Assembly (NCBI GenBank): GCA_004366385.1
Contig: SIRU01000058.1
Location: 1-64,000, forward strand
From: Actinomycetota bacterium
GTDB taxonomy: Bacteria; Actinomycetota; Thermoleophilia; Gaiellales; Gaiellaceae
Length of the DNA stretch: 64,000 nucleotides
Direction: 5' to 3'
The notes under the pieces were generated by a model that did not search any database, had not been told where the DNA came from, and saw nothing but the letters and a program-made list of their open reading frames with translations. Of this stretch, positions 45,695 through 54,500 are shown piece after piece. The first letter of the stretch is position 1. Each line of letters begins with the position of its first letter. A program made the position numbers and the translations under genes.

Positions 45695-46227
45695 TTCGCC
45701 GCGCCCCGCCCCGGCACCGGCTTGGGCTTCTGCGGGCCGAGCACGTACCGCTCGGGCAGCTCCGGAAGCGGCGCGCACAACGTCACGTCGCTCTTGCAGT
45801 CCGCGCCGTCGAGCGAGTAGTAGCCGGTCACGTCGTCCACGAAGCGCGGGTCGCCGTCGAGGATCACCCAGCCGCGGCCGACCGCCGAGACCGAGATCCC
45901 GGAGCCCTTGATCACGAGCCTCGTGCCGCCGCCGAGCATCCGGAAGCGGAGCTCTTTGCCCTTGTAGAGGGTGGTCTTGGGGCCGAGCTTGGTCGTGGTC
46001 ATCCGCTTCCCGACGACGAACGGGACGAAGCGGTCCTTGGGCGTCTGGTCGACGACGCGGAGCGTGCCGTTCGCGAGCCGTCCGAGGATGCTCCCGCGGA
46101 CGTCGAGCGTGACTGTGCCCTTGCCTTGCTCGATCGAGAGGGTGCCCGCGTTCGGCCCCGCCGCACCGGCGGAGCCGACGACGGCCGCCGCAGCGACGGC
46201 GGCGCACAGGACGCCGAGTGCCCGCAT
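45691..46227 (-). CDS. secreted hypothetical protein, first gene of the RR/HK operon
   Basis: 178 aa. Signal peptide MRALGVLCAAVAAAAVVGSAGAAG. The stop overlaps the RR start (GTGA). Confidence 0.7.
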   Translation of the reverse strand: MRALGVLCAAVAAAAVVGSAGAAGPNAGTLSIEQGKGTVTLDVRGSILGRLANGTLRVVDQTPKDRFVPFVVGKRMTTTKLGPKTTLYKGKELRFRMLGGGTRLVIKGSGISVSAVGRGWVILDGDPRFVDDVTGYYSLDGADCKSDVTLCAPLPELPERYVLGPQKPKPVPGRGAAK

Positions 46228-46299
46228 CGTTCCAGGGGAAGTATCGACATCCGGCGTGAGTCCGCAATAAGCGGGCTGTAAGGAGACTGTTAGCGGCTC

Positions 46300-47238
46300 C
46301 TACTCACCGCGGCCGTTCACGAGCAGCAGCGCGACGACCGAGAGGCAGTAGAGGCCGACGAGCAAGAGCCCTCGTCTCCGCCCGAGCAGCGCGCTCGGAT
46401 ACGGGAGGACGGCCACGACGAGCGCCAGGCCGAACGCAAGGCTGACCGCGACCTCGGACCAGTCGAAGCGGAACGGCGAGATCAGCACGGCGAGCGGGAT
46501 GATCAGCGCGCCGTTGAAGACGTTGCTGCCGAGAACGGTGCCGAGGCCGATCTCGTCGTGGCCGCGAACGCGGGCGACCACCGCCGTGGCGATCTCGGGC
46601 ACCGACGTGCCGATGGCCACGAAGACGACGCCGACGACGAACGCGTCGAGCCCGAGCTCGGTGCCGATCCCCCTCGCTCCGACCACGATCAGCCGGCCGG
46701 CCGCGACGAGGACGACCAGCCCGGCACCGGAGACGAGCAGCGCGCGCGGGAGGGAGTGCTCCGCGAGCAGCTCCGCCGCCGCGCTCCGCTCCCTCCTGGC
46801 CGCCGAGACGGTCGTCACGAGCCAGATCGAGAATGCGAGCAGCAGGAGGCAGGCGTCGGCACGGGTCAGGCTCCCGTCAACGGCGACCGCCACCGTCAGG
46901 AGCGGGATCACGAGCGCTGCCGCGATGTCGCGGCGGATCGTGCCCCGGCCGACTCGAACGGGCCCCACGAGCAGCACGATCCCGAGAGCGAGCCCGACGT
47001 TGATGACGTTGCTACCCAGCGCGTCCCCGAACGACAGCGACGGCCTCCCGTCGAGCGCCGACGTGATCGCGACCGAGACCTCGGGGCTCGAGGTGGCGAA
47101 CGCCGCGACCGTCGCGCCGATGATCCCCGGAGGGATCCGCGCCGCCTCGGCGATCCCGACGACGCCTCGGACGAAGAGCTCGCCGCCGCCTGCGGCGCAG
47201 GCGAGGCCGACGGTGAGCAGCAGGGCGTCGGCGGTCAT
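46300..47238 (-). CDS. Na+/Ca2+ exchanger family (YrbG-like CaCA) membrane protein
   Basis: 312 aa. Alpha-repeat motifs GDALGSNVINV and GTSVPE ... GSNVFN. Confidence 0.88.
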   Translation of the reverse strand: MTADALLLTVGLACAAGGGELFVRGVVGIAEAARIPPGIIGATVAAFATSSPEVSVAITSALDGRPSLSFGDALGSNVINVGLALGIVLLVGPVRVGRGTIRRDIAAALVIPLLTVAVAVDGSLTRADACLLLLAFSIWLVTTVSAARRERSAAAELLAEHSLPRALLVSGAGLVVLVAAGRLIVVGARGIGTELGLDAFVVGVVFVAIGTSVPEIATAVVARVRGHDEIGLGTVLGSNVFNGALIIPLAVLISPFRFDWSEVAVSLAFGLALVVAVLPYPSALLGRRRGLLLVGLYCLSVVALLLVNGRGE

Positions 47239-47347
47239 GGCGCCGTTTCGCGCCGCTCTCGTCGCCTGCCCGCAGCCATGGCGCGAGACCGTATCGCCCC
47301 CTGACAGCCGGAGGCCGCTCCACGGGCGCCGATAGGCTCATTCGCGG

Positions 47348-48607
47348 ATGGCCACCCTCTCCGTCGTCATCTTCGTCTCCGCGCTCGCGCTCATCGCAGT
47401 CGAGTGGGTGCACCGGACAAAGGTCGCCCTGGCCGGCGCAGCCCTGATGGTGCTGACCGGCGCCGTCGATCAGGAGCACGCCATCGAGTCGATCGACTGG
47501 GCGACGCTCGGGCTGCTCGCGGGGATGATGGTGATCGTCGGGCTGACCGAGCCGACCGGCGTCTTCACCTTCCTCGCCCTGCGCGTCGCGCAATTGTCGA
47601 AGGGGAACCCGATCGCGCTCGTCTTCCTCCTCGCGCTCGTGACGGGGGTGCTGTCGGCCTTCCTGGACAACCTCACCGCGATCCTGCTCGTCGTCCCGAT
47701 CACGCTGCTGATCGCGGACATCCTGCGCATCTCGCCGATCCCGCTCGTCCTCGTGGAGATCCTGTCCTCGAACATCGGCGGGACGGCGACGCTCATCGGC
47801 GACCCGCCGAACATCATGATCGGCACCGCCAGGCCCGAGCTCTCGTTCCTGGACTTCATCGTGAACCTGGCACCCGTCGCGATCGTCACGCTGGTCGTCG
47901 TCACAGGCGGCCTCGCCCTCGTGTTCCGGAGCCAGCTGCGCGTGGACCCGGCACGGGCCCAGGAGATCGCAGCGCTGGACGCCGCGCGCGACATGCGCGA
48001 GGCGGACAAGGTCGGGAGGACGATGGCAGTGCTCATCGGCACGATCGTCGCCTTCTTCCTGCACACGCTGCTGCACCTCGAGCCCGCCGTGGTGGCCCTG
48101 ACCGGCGCGACGGTGATGCTGCTCGTCGCCGCCGACGACGTCGAGGCCGCCCTCGAGCGCATCGAGTGGTCGACGCTGTTCTTCTTCATCGGCCTGTTCG
48201 TCATGGTCGGGGGGCTCGAGGAACAGGGCGTGGTCGACAACGTCGCAGAGTGGCTCGCCGACCTCACGGGCGGCTCGTCGACCGCCGAAGGGCTGGTCGT
48301 GCTCTGGGGCTCCGCGGGCGGCTCCGCGCTCGTGGACAACATCCCGTTCACGGCCGCGATGATCCCGGTCGTGAGCAGCCTCCAGGGCACCGAGTTCGAC
48401 GACGGGCTCTGGTGGGCGCTCGCTCTCGGCGCCTGCTTCGGCGGCAACGCGACGATGATCGCGGCCGCCGCGAACGTCGCCGCGACGGGGATCCTCGACC
48501 GCAACGGGCAGCCGGTCTCGTTCGCGCGCTTCCTGGCCGTCGGGGTGCCGGTGACGTTCGTCTCCCTCGTCATCGCGACCGGGTACCTCCTGCTCTTCCA
48601 GCTCTGA
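47348..48607 (+). CDS. ArsB/NhaD-superfamily (citrate-transporter-like) permease
   Basis: 419 aa. Polytopic. LSAFLDNLTA and GGTATLIGDPPN motifs. ATG lies 9 nt after TAGGCT. Confidence 0.85.
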   Translation: MATLSVVIFVSALALIAVEWVHRTKVALAGAALMVLTGAVDQEHAIESIDWATLGLLAGMMVIVGLTEPTGVFTFLALRVAQLSKGNPIALVFLLALVTGVLSAFLDNLTAILLVVPITLLIADILRISPIPLVLVEILSSNIGGTATLIGDPPNIMIGTARPELSFLDFIVNLAPVAIVTLVVVTGGLALVFRSQLRVDPARAQEIAALDAARDMREADKVGRTMAVLIGTIVAFFLHTLLHLEPAVVALTGATVMLLVAADDVEAALERIEWSTLFFFIGLFVMVGGLEEQGVVDNVAEWLADLTGGSSTAEGLVVLWGSAGGSALVDNIPFTAAMIPVVSSLQGTEFDDGLWWALALGACFGGNATMIAAAANVAATGILDRNGQPVSFARFLAVGVPVTFVSLVIATGYLLLFQL

Positions 48608-49053
48608 TGCCCCGCCTCCGGGACCTGCCTCTCGTCGACGCGTCGATCCCCGACTCGGCGACCTTCGCCGATGCGGTCGCGCGACTGTTCGAGGCGAGGG
48701 TGCCCGCCCTCGCCGTGACCAGCGCCGACGGGCGGCTCGTCGGTGTCGTCTCCGAGCTCGACGTGCTGCGCGCGGTGTTCCCGCGCTACCTCGCAGAGCT
48801 GCGGCACACCGCGTTCCTCGAGGACGACCTCGCCGGGCTCGACGAGCGGGCGGACGCCGTGCGCGACAGACCCGTCGCGGAGCTGGCGCGCAGCGTCGCG
48901 GTGCTCGACGGCGGGGAGAGCGCGACGCACGCCGCCGAGCGCTTCCTCCACACCGGCGAGCAGGCGCTTCCCGTGGTCGAAGGCGGGCGCGTGCTGGGGA
49001 TGCTGTCGATCGCGGCGCTCTGCCACGCGCGCTTCGATCGCGTCGAGCGCTGA
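48607..49053 (+). CDS. CBS domain pair protein
   Basis: 148 aa. ATG overlaps the permease TGA (TGATG). Two CBS-like units (LAVTSADGRLVGVVSELDVL and LPVVEGGRVLGMLSIAAL). Confidence 0.8.
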   Translation: MPRLRDLPLVDASIPDSATFADAVARLFEARVPALAVTSADGRLVGVVSELDVLRAVFPRYLAELRHTAFLEDDLAGLDERADAVRDRPVAELARSVAVLDGGESATHAAERFLHTGEQALPVVEGGRVLGMLSIAALCHARFDRVER

Positions 49054-49914
49054 CTACTCGTACGTGTAGAAGCCGCGGCCGCTCTTGCGGCCGAGCAGCC
49101 CGGCGTTCCGCATCGCCACGATCCGCGGCGGCGGCGCCATCCGCGGCTCGCGCAGCTTCTCGTACAGGGCCTCGGACGCGTGGACGTGGACGTCGATCCC
49201 GACGAGGTCGACGAGCGTGCACGGCCCCATCGGCCACCCCGCCCCCGCCGTCATCGCGGTGTCGAGGTCCTCGGGCGTGACGCGCGCCTCGTCGAGCACG
49301 CGCAGGCAGTCGTTCAGCAGCGGGATGAGCACGCGGTTGACGACGAAGCCGGGCGTGTCGTGGCAGCGGATCGGGCGCTTCCCGAGCTTCTCCCCCACCC
49401 CGTACGCAGCCTCCACGGCCTCGTCGGACGAGAGCTCGGCCCGCACGATCTCGACGAGCGGCATCAGCGGCGCCGGGTTGAAGAAGTGCATGCCGACGAC
49501 GCGCTCCGGCGTCGAGGTCGCGGCGGCGATCTCGGTCACGGAGAGCGCGGACGTGTTCGTCGCCAGGATCGCGTCCGGGCGCACGAGGCGCTCGAGCTCC
49601 GCGAACAGCGCGCGCTTCGGCTCGAGCTCCTCGACGATCGCCTCGATCACGAGGTCGCAGCCGTCGAACGCGGCGAGGTCGGTCGTGAGCGAGAGCCGTC
49701 CGAGCGCGGCCTCACGCTCGTCGTCGGTCATTCGCTCCTTGTCGACCTTCCGCTGGAGGAAGTGCGCGATCCGGCCGCGGGCGGCCTCGCCCAGCTCGTC
49801 GCTGACCTCACGGCCGACCGTGTCGAAGCCGGCCTCGACCGCGAGCTGCGCGATGCCGGAGCCCATGGCGCCGAGGCCGACGACGCCGATCGTGCGGATG
49901 CCGGAGGCGCTCAC
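49054..49914 (-). CDS. 3-hydroxybutyryl-CoA / 3-hydroxyacyl-CoA dehydrogenase
   Basis: 286 aa. NAD motif VVGLGAMGSGIA, NTSALS, HFFNPAP. Confidence 0.93.
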   Translation of the reverse strand: MSASGIRTIGVVGLGAMGSGIAQLAVEAGFDTVGREVSDELGEAARGRIAHFLQRKVDKERMTDDEREAALGRLSLTTDLAAFDGCDLVIEAIVEELEPKRALFAELERLVRPDAILATNTSALSVTEIAAATSTPERVVGMHFFNPAPLMPLVEIVRAELSSDEAVEAAYGVGEKLGKRPIRCHDTPGFVVNRVLIPLLNDCLRVLDEARVTPEDLDTAMTAGAGWPMGPCTLVDLVGIDVHVHASEALYEKLREPRMAPPPRIVAMRNAGLLGRKSGRGFYTYE

Positions 49915-49956
49915 GACGCGCGATCCTAGCGACGTGAGCCGACCGGCGGGCGCGGG

Positions 49957-50073
49957 TCAGCCCGTGTAGTGGCGCAGGCGCTCGTTCTCGTCCACGCGAG
50001 AGTCGCGCCCTGCCATGACCGCGAGCGGGCCCACGAGCAGAATGAATGCGATGAGGAAGTAGGCGAACATCAT
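49957..50073 (-). CDS. unlisted small membrane peptide (38 aa)
   Basis: Hand translation of the minus strand gives MMFAYFLIAFILLVGPLAVMAGRDSRVDENERLRHYTG*: one TM helix plus a charged tail. Lies between thiolase and hbd. It is below the ORF-track size cut-off. No clear SD. Confidence 0.4.
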   Translation of the reverse strand: MMFAYFLIAFILLVGPLAVMAGRDSRVDENERLRHYTG

Positions 50074-50127
50074 GGGTACATGGTGCCTGGCCAACTAGAT
50101 CAGCACCAGTCGCGCTTTCTTCCTTTT

Positions 50128-50146
50128 CGATCAGTACGTCTGATCG
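50128..50146. other. 7-bp hairpin just downstream of the thiolase stop
   Basis: CGATCAG-TACGT-CTGATCG in a locally lower-GC stretch. On the plus strand it is preceded by CTTTCTTCCTTTT (A-rich downstream on the minus strand). Confidence 0.35.
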
Positions 50147-50159
50147 AGTTCGGGAATAG

Positions 50160-51326
50160 TCAGAGCCGCTCGAGGATGCCCGCGATCGCCTGTCCCTGGC
50201 CGATGCACATGGTCGCGATCCCGTAGCGGGCCTCGCGCCGGTCGAGCTCGTTCAGGAGCGTCGCGGTGATGCGCGCGCCGGTCGCGCCGAGCGGGTGCCC
50301 GAGCGAGATCCCGCCGCCGTTCGGGTTCACGTCGCCGGCCTCCCAGCGCTCGTGCAGGCCGGTGTCGGCGAGGAACTGGAGCACGACCGAGGCGAACGCC
50401 TCGTTGACCTCGATCACCGAGATCTCGTCCCAGGTGAGCCCTGCCTTGGCGAGCGCCGACGCGCACGCCTGCGGGTTCCCGTGGAGCATGCGGTAGGGGT
50501 CGACGCCGGAGAGCCCGAACGAGACCCAGCGTGCGCGGGGCTCGAGCCCGAGCCGCTCGACCGCCCCGGCGCTCGCGAGGAGCATCGCAGCCGAGCCGTC
50601 GACGATCGAGCTCGAGTTCCCCGCCGTGATCACGCCGTCGGGCTTGAACGCCGGCTGGAGCGACGCGAGCTTCTCGAGGGACGTGTCGCGTCGCGGCGTC
50701 TCGTCGACCGCGAACAGCACCGCCGCGCCGGCCGCATCGACTTCGATCGGGACGATCTCGTTCTCGAACCGGCCCTCGTCGCTCGCCGCCACCGCACGCC
50801 GGTGCGACTCGAGCGAGTACTCGTCGAGCTCGACGCGCGTCAGGCTCCACTCCTCGGCGAGCACCTCTGCTGAGATGCCCTGCGGCACGATCGGCCAGCG
50901 CTCGCCGATCTTCGCGTTCACCGCGCCCCAGCCGGCGTCGCCGAGGTTCGAGCCCATCGGCACGCGCGTCATGTGCTCGACGCCGGCCGCGACGACGAGG
51001 TCGAGATGACCCGCCTGGATCGCGGAGGCGCCGTTGAACGCCGCCTGCAGCGAGGAGCCGCACTGGCGGTCGATCGTCGAGGCGGCGACCGTCTCCGGCC
51101 AGCCGCCGACGAGCACCGCCTGCCGGCCGACGTTGAGCGCCTGCTCCCCCACCTGCGTCACGCAGCCCATCTGCACGTCCTCGACCTCGCCCGGGTCGAC
51201 GTCGAGCCGGTCGACGAGGCCGTTCATGACCTGCGCCGCGAGCTCCTCCGCCCGGATCCCGGCCAGCGAGCCGCCGCGCCTCCCGATCGGAGAGCGCACG
51301 GCGTCGATCACGAACGCGTCAGCCAT
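50160..51326 (-). CDS. acetyl-CoA C-acetyltransferase (thiolase)
   Basis: 388 aa from ATG51326 (MADAFVIDAVRSPIGRRGG). Active-site Cys region DRQCGSSLQA, and C-terminal NPNGGGISLGHPLGATG and MCIGQGQ. Confidence 0.93.
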   Translation of the reverse strand: MADAFVIDAVRSPIGRRGGSLAGIRAEELAAQVMNGLVDRLDVDPGEVEDVQMGCVTQVGEQALNVGRQAVLVGGWPETVAASTIDRQCGSSLQAAFNGASAIQAGHLDLVVAAGVEHMTRVPMGSNLGDAGWGAVNAKIGERWPIVPQGISAEVLAEEWSLTRVELDEYSLESHRRAVAASDEGRFENEIVPIEVDAAGAAVLFAVDETPRRDTSLEKLASLQPAFKPDGVITAGNSSSIVDGSAAMLLASAGAVERLGLEPRARWVSFGLSGVDPYRMLHGNPQACASALAKAGLTWDEISVIEVNEAFASVVLQFLADTGLHERWEAGDVNPNGGGISLGHPLGATGARITATLLNELDRREARYGIATMCIGQGQAIAGILERL

Positions 51327-52641
51327 CGGCGACAGCATAGAGACGCCAGCTCCCCGGGACGCCCTTCAGCTCGTGCTCGCCGCGGTCGTCGAACGAGAGC
51401 CCGGAGCCGGCGACGAGGTCCTTGACGGTCCCCGACGCGAGCACCTCGCCAGGGGCCGCCACCGAGGAGACACGCTCGCCGACGACGACGGCGAGGCCTC
51501 CCGGCTTTCCGTCGATGACCTCGCACTCACCGGTGTGCACGCCGGCACGAACCTCGAGGCCGAGACCCGACGTCGCGTCGGAGATGGCGCGCGCGCAGCG
51601 GATCGCCCGGGCCGGGCCGTCGAAGGAGGCGAAGAAGCCGTCCCCGGCGGTGTCGATCTCTGTTCCCCGGTACCGGGCGAGCAGCCGCCTGACGACCTCG
51701 TGGTGGCGCTCGACGAGCTCTCGCCACCGCGTGTCCCCGAGCTCTGCCAGCCTCTCGGTCGAGCTCACGAGATCCGTGAACAGCACCGTGACGAGCAGGC
51801 GATCCGGCTCCTCGTGCCACGGCACCGAGCGAAGGAACGGCTCGATCTCCCTCATCGGCTCGTCGAGGAAGATGCCGATGTAGTCCTCTCCGGGCAACTC
51901 GACCGAGCGCCCCTCCGGAATGAGGTCCGCGACGCGCGCGTACACCTCGCGAGCGTCCGGGCGGTAACGGCTGTAGAGCACGAGCGTGGGAACACGGATG
52001 GCGCGGTAGACGTCGGCGAAGTCGGACCCGAGCAGGGTCTCGACCATCATCCGGTTGAACGCGTAGGCGCCGCTCGGGCTCGCGCCCAGCCGGAGGAGAT
52101 TCACGAACCAGTCGCGGTACGCGTCGTCGGCCGCGAGCGTCGGGCTGACGGCGAGCATCTCGTCGGCATCGGCCGGCGTTCCCCATTGGTCGCGCACGTC
52201 CGTCAGGTCCCTCTCGACGTCGCGCATTCGATGATCCGCGCCTCCGAGCCACGGGTGGTAGAGGACGAGGCTGTGCGTCGCCTCCGGGTAGGTCGCGGCG
52301 AAGAGAGAGGCCATCCAGCAGCCCTCGTGGGAGGCGACGAGCGCGGCCCGCTCCGAGCCCACGGCTGCCAGGACCGATCGCACGTCGTCGATCCTCGTCT
52401 CGAGATCGGGGAAGAAGCGCGGCCGGTCGGAAAGGCCCGTTCCGCGCTTGTCGAACACGATCAGCCGCGAGAAGGACGCCATCCGCTCGTAGAAGCTCGT
52501 CCAGCGCGGCGACTGCCACTGCCAGACGAGATTCGACACCCACGAGGGCACGAGCACGACGTCGAGAGGCCCGTCCCCGACGACCTGGTAGGCGATCGCC
52601 ACGTCACCGCTCCACGCGTAGCGGATGTCGGGCATCTCCAT
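51319..52641 (-). CDS. alpha/beta-hydrolase-fold domain fused to class III nucleotidyl cyclase domain
   Basis: 440 aa from ATG52641. N-terminal half is alpha/beta-hydrolase-like (VLVPSW ... FDKRGTGLSD ... LVASHEGC). C-terminal half is a cyclase homology domain (VTVLFTDLVSST ... DTAGDGFFASF ... GVHTGE ... AAPGEVLAS). The stop overlaps the thiolase start by 8 nt. Confidence 0.85.
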   Translation of the reverse strand: MEMPDIRYAWSGDVAIAYQVVGDGPLDVVLVPSWVSNLVWQWQSPRWTSFYERMASFSRLIVFDKRGTGLSDRPRFFPDLETRIDDVRSVLAAVGSERAALVASHEGCWMASLFAATYPEATHSLVLYHPWLGGADHRMRDVERDLTDVRDQWGTPADADEMLAVSPTLAADDAYRDWFVNLLRLGASPSGAYAFNRMMVETLLGSDFADVYRAIRVPTLVLYSRYRPDAREVYARVADLIPEGRSVELPGEDYIGIFLDEPMREIEPFLRSVPWHEEPDRLLVTVLFTDLVSSTERLAELGDTRWRELVERHHEVVRRLLARYRGTEIDTAGDGFFASFDGPARAIRCARAISDATSGLGLEVRAGVHTGECEVIDGKPGGLAVVVGERVSSVAAPGEVLASGTVKDLVAGSGLSFDDRGEHELKGVPGSWRLYAVADG

Positions 52642-52671
52642 GGCCCCGAAGTCTCCCACTACACTCACCGC

Positions 52672-54099
52672 GTGGCCACCACCGCGATCGAACGCAGGCT
52701 CCTCGTCGGAGGCGAGTGGATCGAGACCGGTGACTGGATCGAGGTGCGCTCGCCCTACGACGGGTCGCCCGTCGGACGCGTGCCGAGCGCGGGCGCGGAG
52801 GAGACGAGACGGGCGCTCGACGCCGCGGAGAGCGCCATGAGCGAGCCGCTTCCCGCCCACGAGCGCGCCGCCATCCTCGACCGAGTCGCATCGGCTCTCG
52901 CCGAGTGCCACGACGAGGTCGCGCGCACGATCTCCGCCGAGGCCGGGAAGCCGCTGAAAGCAGCGCGGATCGAGGCCCAGCGCGCCGTCTCGACGTACAC
53001 GATGGCCGCGGTCGAGGCGCGGAAGCTCGCGGGCGAGGTGATCCCCATGGACGCGTCTCCCGCCGGCGAGGGCAAGATCGCCTTCACGCTGCGGCTGCCC
53101 GTCGGGATCGTCGGCGCGATCTCGCCGTTCAACTTCCCGCTGAACCTCGTCGCGCACAAGATCGCGCCCGCGCTCGCCGCCGGGTGCGCCGTCGTGCTCA
53201 AGCCCGCCTCGCAGACGCCGCTCTCGGCCCTCCTGCTCGCCGAGCTGGAGACGGAGGCGGGCCTGCCGCCCGGCTGGCTGAACGTCCTCTGCGGGCCGGC
53301 CGCCGAGATCGGCGACGTCCTCGTCGAGGACGAGCGCGTGAAGCTCATCACCTTCACCGGCTCGTCCGGCGTCGGCTGGAAGCTGCGCGAGCGGGCGGCT
53401 CGCAAGCGCGTGAGCCTCGAGCTCGGCAACGCGACCCCGGTCATCGTGGCGGCCGACGCGGACCTCGACGACGTCGCGGCGAGGCTGGCCGCGCACGCGT
53501 TCTCGTTCGCGGGCCAGAGCTGCATCTCGGTGCAGCGGATCTACATCGAGCGGAGCGCGTACGACGGTTTCCTCGAGCGCTTCCTGCCGCGCGTCGCGGC
53601 GCTCCAGGTCGGCGACCCTGCGGACGAGTCGACCGACGTCGGCCCGCTCATCTCGCAGCCCGAGCGCGACCGGGTGCTGTCGTGGATCGAGGAGGCGCGT
53701 GCGGCCGGAGCCGAAGTCCTCGCCGGCGGCGAGCTCGACGGGGAGCTGTTGCGACCGACTGTGATCGCGAGCGCGCCGCCGGACGCGAAGGTCTCGTGCG
53801 AGGAGGTGTTCGGGCCGCTGTGCACGGTCACGCCGTACGACACGCTCGACGACGCGATCGCGCTCGCGAACGGCACGCCGTTCGGGCTCCAGGCAGGCGT
53901 GTTCACGAACGACGTCAAGGCCGCGCTCCGGGCCGCCGGCGCGCTCGAGTTCGGCGGTGTCACGATCAACGAGGCGCCGACGTTCCGGGCCGACCAGATG
54001 CCGTACGGCGGGGTCAAGGACTCGGGGAACACGCGCGAGGGCCCCGCGTTCGCGGTGCGCGAGATGACCGAGGACCGCGTCGTCGTCTTCCAGCTCTAG
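52672..54099 (+). CDS. NAD(P)-dependent aldehyde dehydrogenase
   Basis: 475 aa from GTG52672, 6 nt after TACACT. LELGN catalytic Glu, FAGQSCIS catalytic Cys, and EEVFGP motifs. Confidence 0.92.
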   Translation: MATTAIERRLLVGGEWIETGDWIEVRSPYDGSPVGRVPSAGAEETRRALDAAESAMSEPLPAHERAAILDRVASALAECHDEVARTISAEAGKPLKAARIEAQRAVSTYTMAAVEARKLAGEVIPMDASPAGEGKIAFTLRLPVGIVGAISPFNFPLNLVAHKIAPALAAGCAVVLKPASQTPLSALLLAELETEAGLPPGWLNVLCGPAAEIGDVLVEDERVKLITFTGSSGVGWKLRERAARKRVSLELGNATPVIVAADADLDDVAARLAAHAFSFAGQSCISVQRIYIERSAYDGFLERFLPRVAALQVGDPADESTDVGPLISQPERDRVLSWIEEARAAGAEVLAGGELDGELLRPTVIASAPPDAKVSCEEVFGPLCTVTPYDTLDDAIALANGTPFGLQAGVFTNDVKAALRAAGALEFGGVTINEAPTFRADQMPYGGVKDSGNTREGPAFAVREMTEDRVVVFQL

Positions 54100-54110
54100 G
54101 GTTGACGCGG

Positions 54111-54500
54111 ATGGCGTCGAGCCCAAGCCAACGCCTCCCGGGGACCGAGCGCTCCGGCGCCCGCTACGTCGCGGCTCCCGCGCGCGAGCTTCGCCGCGAG
54201 CGCAAGGCGCTGCTCCAGGTGCGCGAGGAGCGCCTCCGCGACCTCGGCGGCCTCACGCTCGAGATGTACAAGCGCGACCGCTTCAGCGCGAGCCTCGTCG
54301 TGGAGCGCTGCGCCGAGCTCGTCGCCATCGAAGCGCGCATCCACGAGATCGACACCCTGCTCGACGGCACCGGCCGCCTGCGTCGCGAGGGAGCGGCCAC
54401 CTGCCCCTGCGGCGCGCCCCTGCTCCTCGGCGCGCGCTTCTGCGCGACCTGCGGCCGACCGGCGCCGCCGGGGCACGAGGCGCTCGGAGCGCCTGCATGA
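54111..54500 (+). CDS. coiled-coil protein with C-terminal zinc ribbon
   Basis: 129 aa. Helical middle. C-terminal CPCG-x10-CATCG. Confidence 0.65.
   Translation: MASSPSQRLPGTERSGARYVAAPARELRRERKALLQVREERLRDLGGLTLEMYKRDRFSASLVVERCAELVAIEARIHEIDTLLDGTGRLRREGAATCPCGAPLLLGARFCATCGRPAPPGHEALGAPA

Noticed and set aside
49969-50226. An 85-aa plus-strand ORF (MAQALVLVHARVAPCHDRERAHEQNECDEE...).
   Set aside because: It lies antisense to the small membrane-peptide ORF and to the thiolase 3' end. Its His/Cys/Glu-rich composition is atypical, and there is no start-site signal.
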